Source: Hamiltosporidium tvaerminnensis FI-OER-3-3
Taxonomy: Eukaryota; Fungi; Microsporidia
NCBI GenBank assembly: GCA_022605425.2
Contig: CM061256.1
Span: 310,001-374,000, forward strand
Length of the DNA stretch: 64,000 nucleotides
Direction of reading: 5' to 3'
A program made the translations under genes and the position numbers. Below, piece after piece: positions 60,915-64,000 of this stretch (its first letter is position 1; every line of letters begins with the position of its first letter). The notes beneath the pieces were generated by a model. The model saw only the letters and a list, made by a program, of their open reading frames with translations. It did no database searches and was not told the origin of the DNA.

Positions 60915-61615
60915 TGATGGCTGGAAACATATCTAGATAAAAACCCATTCTTTTGGTAATAAATATGTGAAATTGATGTAAATATCTTTGTTTAAATTTC
61001 CATTAGTCAAAAATCAAACCAACTTTTCGGATGCTCACTGGCAATTTGTATAGGAAATGAAGATTTATAAATCCGTGAAATTATATATAAAAGAAACAAA
61101 TTATGCAACCAGATCTGAAAAAACAGATAAATTGTAGAAAATTTACATTTAGAGCATGTAATCCTGGCCTTACTCGCCCGTGTTAAAAGGCTTGGCCCTA
61201 GTAGATACAAAACAACAAAAAAACCAGGAATACTAAACAAAGGTAATGCCTGTCGGTATGACATTGCAATATCTAGTTGAACCCAATTAAAGTCGCCGAG
61301 ATTTATTATAATCGAAAGTAATCGGCTCAGGAAGCGCAGTGTAATGGAAAACTGCTAGTTCTATGACAGCCTAAGTCGATTTAAAAATGATTACATACCG
61401 AGGTATATATCAACAAATTTGTGGCAACTGCCTCGCCTATTAAATTGGTTCTCCAAACCCTTTAGATATCCGTATATAAGATGTAGGATTCATATGGGTT
61501 TCTGATGGAATACCGGGGAAGTAGTTATCTACCATAATCTCGAAATGCGTTAATATTATAAAAACAATGTAAAAGATTCCACTCTTTACGGATAAATATC
61601 ATATGAAATAAATCT
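60915..61615 (+). mobile_element. Dispersed structured element, copy 7 (old, diverged)
   Basis: GCCTTACTCGCCCG, CCTGTCGGTATGACATTGCA, GGCAACTGCCTCGCCTATTAA, TGCGTTAAT colinear with copy 1; boundaries approximate. Confidence 0.7.
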
Positions 61616-62683
61616 TAATAATATACAAGAAATTTTTACAGTGATGCTCAAAAACCATTGTAAATTTTTTTCACCAAACAACTGCAACTTTTTTTTCTTA
61701 TTTATGTCAAAAATATAAAAACTAAAACTTATCTTACATGAAGTACCATAAAATATATTTTTGGTGTTTTGATCTGAAAGTTCTTAAGTTTCTATATTGC
61801 CGTTTTCAATAATATATTTATTTTGCGTCATGATAAAATAAAAAGCGTCCAACATTTTAGTACATAAATAACTGCAAAAATCCATACCACGGATATATAA
61901 TGCCTTAAATACGACCAAAGGATTATTTATTCAAAACCATATCAATAAATTTATTATCATTTCTATGTTTGTAATACACAGAAGAAAATATTTACTCTGT
62001 TTACATAAAATTCTACCACGTTTTAAACAACAATTTTTACTCAAAGTATAGATCGAGTTTTTTAGTAAAATTATTTTTCTGTTTTTAATTTATTTTTCCA
62101 TATTTAAAAATCTTAATTTAGCACACATTATAAATAGATTCTTTAAACAATATTGGACTGACTTTTTTTAATTTTTTTGTAATTTAAAAATGTGTTTAAT
62201 TTCGCTACGAAAAAATGTAGGTTATACTCAAATTTCATTTTGCTTACTAATTTGATGTCTATGAATTATATTTGTTTGTTTCGTTTATAACTAAAAGTAG
62301 AGGGTGAATATGATGTTATTGTAGTTTATGTTTTGTACGATAAATGTTTCTTATAATTTTATAAAATCTTATATTTCAGAGAGATATGTTTAAAATATAC
62401 TTATTTTGGAAATAATTTTATCGAAACCGGGAAAAAAATTGGTTACGTTTATAAGTTCTCTAAAGAATACAATAATATTAAACATACTATTCGTATAACC
62501 ATAGATATTTTAAATTTTATAGCAATAGAATTAAAATTGATTCATATAGACTCGTTTGAGTTTTAGATTAATTGATTGTCATTGTCCCATTATTTGAAAT
62601 AAATTGCAAAATCGTGCCTTTTTTCAATAAAATTTTATAATCAAAAAAAATAAAAAATTCAAAAAAAAAATTGATCCCATACG

Positions 62684-63613
62684 ATGCTAGAAATAAATAA
62701 AGCAAGAGATATTTTAAACGGAAAACATTATAATATATCACAGAAAATGCGCGCATTGTTCTTTTTGCGCAACATAAACAATACAGAATCAGTTTTAAGC
62801 ATTATGTCTGCATTTCACAATGAATCCGTTCTACTTAAACACGAATTGGCATATGTACTTGGACAGATGCGAGATCCAACTTGTATACAAACTTTAAAAG
62901 ATGTTTTAAGCAATACCGCAGAAAATGAGATCGTAAGACACGAAGCAGCAGAAGCACTTGGAAATTTTCTTGATAAAAATGATATCGATTTTTTAAAATC
63001 ATTTCTTAAGGATATTTCAATTCCTGTTCGAGAAACATGTTATTTAGCAATCAAAAAAATAGAAAATCATCATAAATCAGAAAATAAAATAAATTTTGAA
63101 AAAAGTGAAAATTTTTTAAAAAATTATAATTTATCCGATTCTTCTATTCAATTTGATAAAATAGAATTATCAGAATTCGATTCTTGTGATCCTGCATATC
63201 CTTTGATTATTGATGATAATTTCTTAGAATTTATATATTTGAAGCACTCTGACATTTATCTTAGATACGGTGCTATGTTTTCTTTAAGAAATAAGAAAAA
63301 CATAAGTATATTGGTGAAAGGCTTTAAAGATAATTCTGCACTATTTAGACATGAAGTAGCATTTGTATTAGGACAATTAAAAATGAAAGAGAGCATTCTT
63401 TATCTAAAAGAAGTACTTGATAATGAAAACGAACACGATATGGTTCGACATGAATGTGCAGAAGCAATCGGGGCAATTGGTACAGATGAATGTCACAAAA
63501 TTCTTATGAAATATCTTAACTGTGATGCTGACATCGTTAGAGAAAGTGCAGAAGTTGCTTTGGATATTTGTGCTTATGAAATGTCAACAGAAACAGAGTA
63601 TTGCAAAGTATAA
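62684..63613 (+). CDS. DOHH: Deoxyhypusine hydroxylase
   Basis: Four HE motifs in HEAT repeats: LLKHELAYVLGQ, VRHEAAEALG, FRHEVAFVLGQ, VRHECAEAIG; DPA linker; CCC before ATG. Confidence 0.96.
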   Translation: MLEINKARDILNGKHYNISQKMRALFFLRNINNTESVLSIMSAFHNESVLLKHELAYVLGQMRDPTCIQTLKDVLSNTAENEIVRHEAAEALGNFLDKNDIDFLKSFLKDISIPVRETCYLAIKKIENHHKSENKINFEKSENFLKNYNLSDSSIQFDKIELSEFDSCDPAYPLIIDDNFLEFIYLKHSDIYLRYGAMFSLRNKKNISILVKGFKDNSALFRHEVAFVLGQLKMKESILYLKEVLDNENEHDMVRHECAEAIGAIGTDECHKILMKYLNCDADIVRESAEVALDICAYEMSTETEYCKV

Positions 63614-64000
63614 TTATATCTTTATTATTTGTCTTTTCTTGATATATTAAATATATTATTTCTTAATTTCATAATACTTTCTATTTAAATTTATTTATAG
63701 GTTTTAAATTATCTTTGTTTTAAAATTTTAATTTTTTAAATATCTTAATTACCGATTCTGATAAGTTGTCTTTCTGTTTAGAGGATTAAAAAATGCAATG
63801 CAAAGGTATTCTATTGCTAATCAATGTCTGGCTTTTATTGAGTTTATTCCTTTTTCAGATAAAGCGTTTTGTAAAAGTCAACCCATTTTACATTCACAGT
63901 TATTCTATTTTCTCTATAAATTTCTTATTTTGTTGATTAAGCCACAATCCAATTCACGCTAGATCATTGATTCTGAAACAGTTCTTTATTTGAATTTTTT

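Overview
Very AT-rich, gene-sparse eukaryotic DNA with intron-free ORFs and CCC motifs just upstream of several ATGs. This is most consistent with a large-genome microsporidian (Hamiltosporidium-like; inference, not verified). Recognisable intact genes: RPB7, a fungal-type GT4 trehalose synthase/phosphorylase, STE12, a KIF22/kinesin-10-like motor and DOHH. Frameshifted or decayed genes: a large HECT E3, an LRR protein, a coilin/Net1-N-like protein and one of two paralogous membrane-anchored proteins. Mobile DNA: a complete RLE-type (R4/Dong-like) non-LTR retrotransposon with a 14-bp TSD, a short 5'-truncated copy of its 3' end, and decayed RLE-RT, Penelope-like and Ty3/gypsy remnants. Two things are not explained by standard annotation. 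(1) A ~730-bp GC-richer, hairpin-rich, apparently non-coding element occurs seven times in both orientations; one copy has a 13-bp TSD and the element ends in the same TAAATAAA as the LINE, making it a candidate structured-RNA SINE-like partner. (2) A ~10-kb island (29950-39620) is saturated with a GGGTGTTA/TAACACCC motif in coding and non-coding DNA, and its strand polarity flips near the start of each of three consecutive genes.
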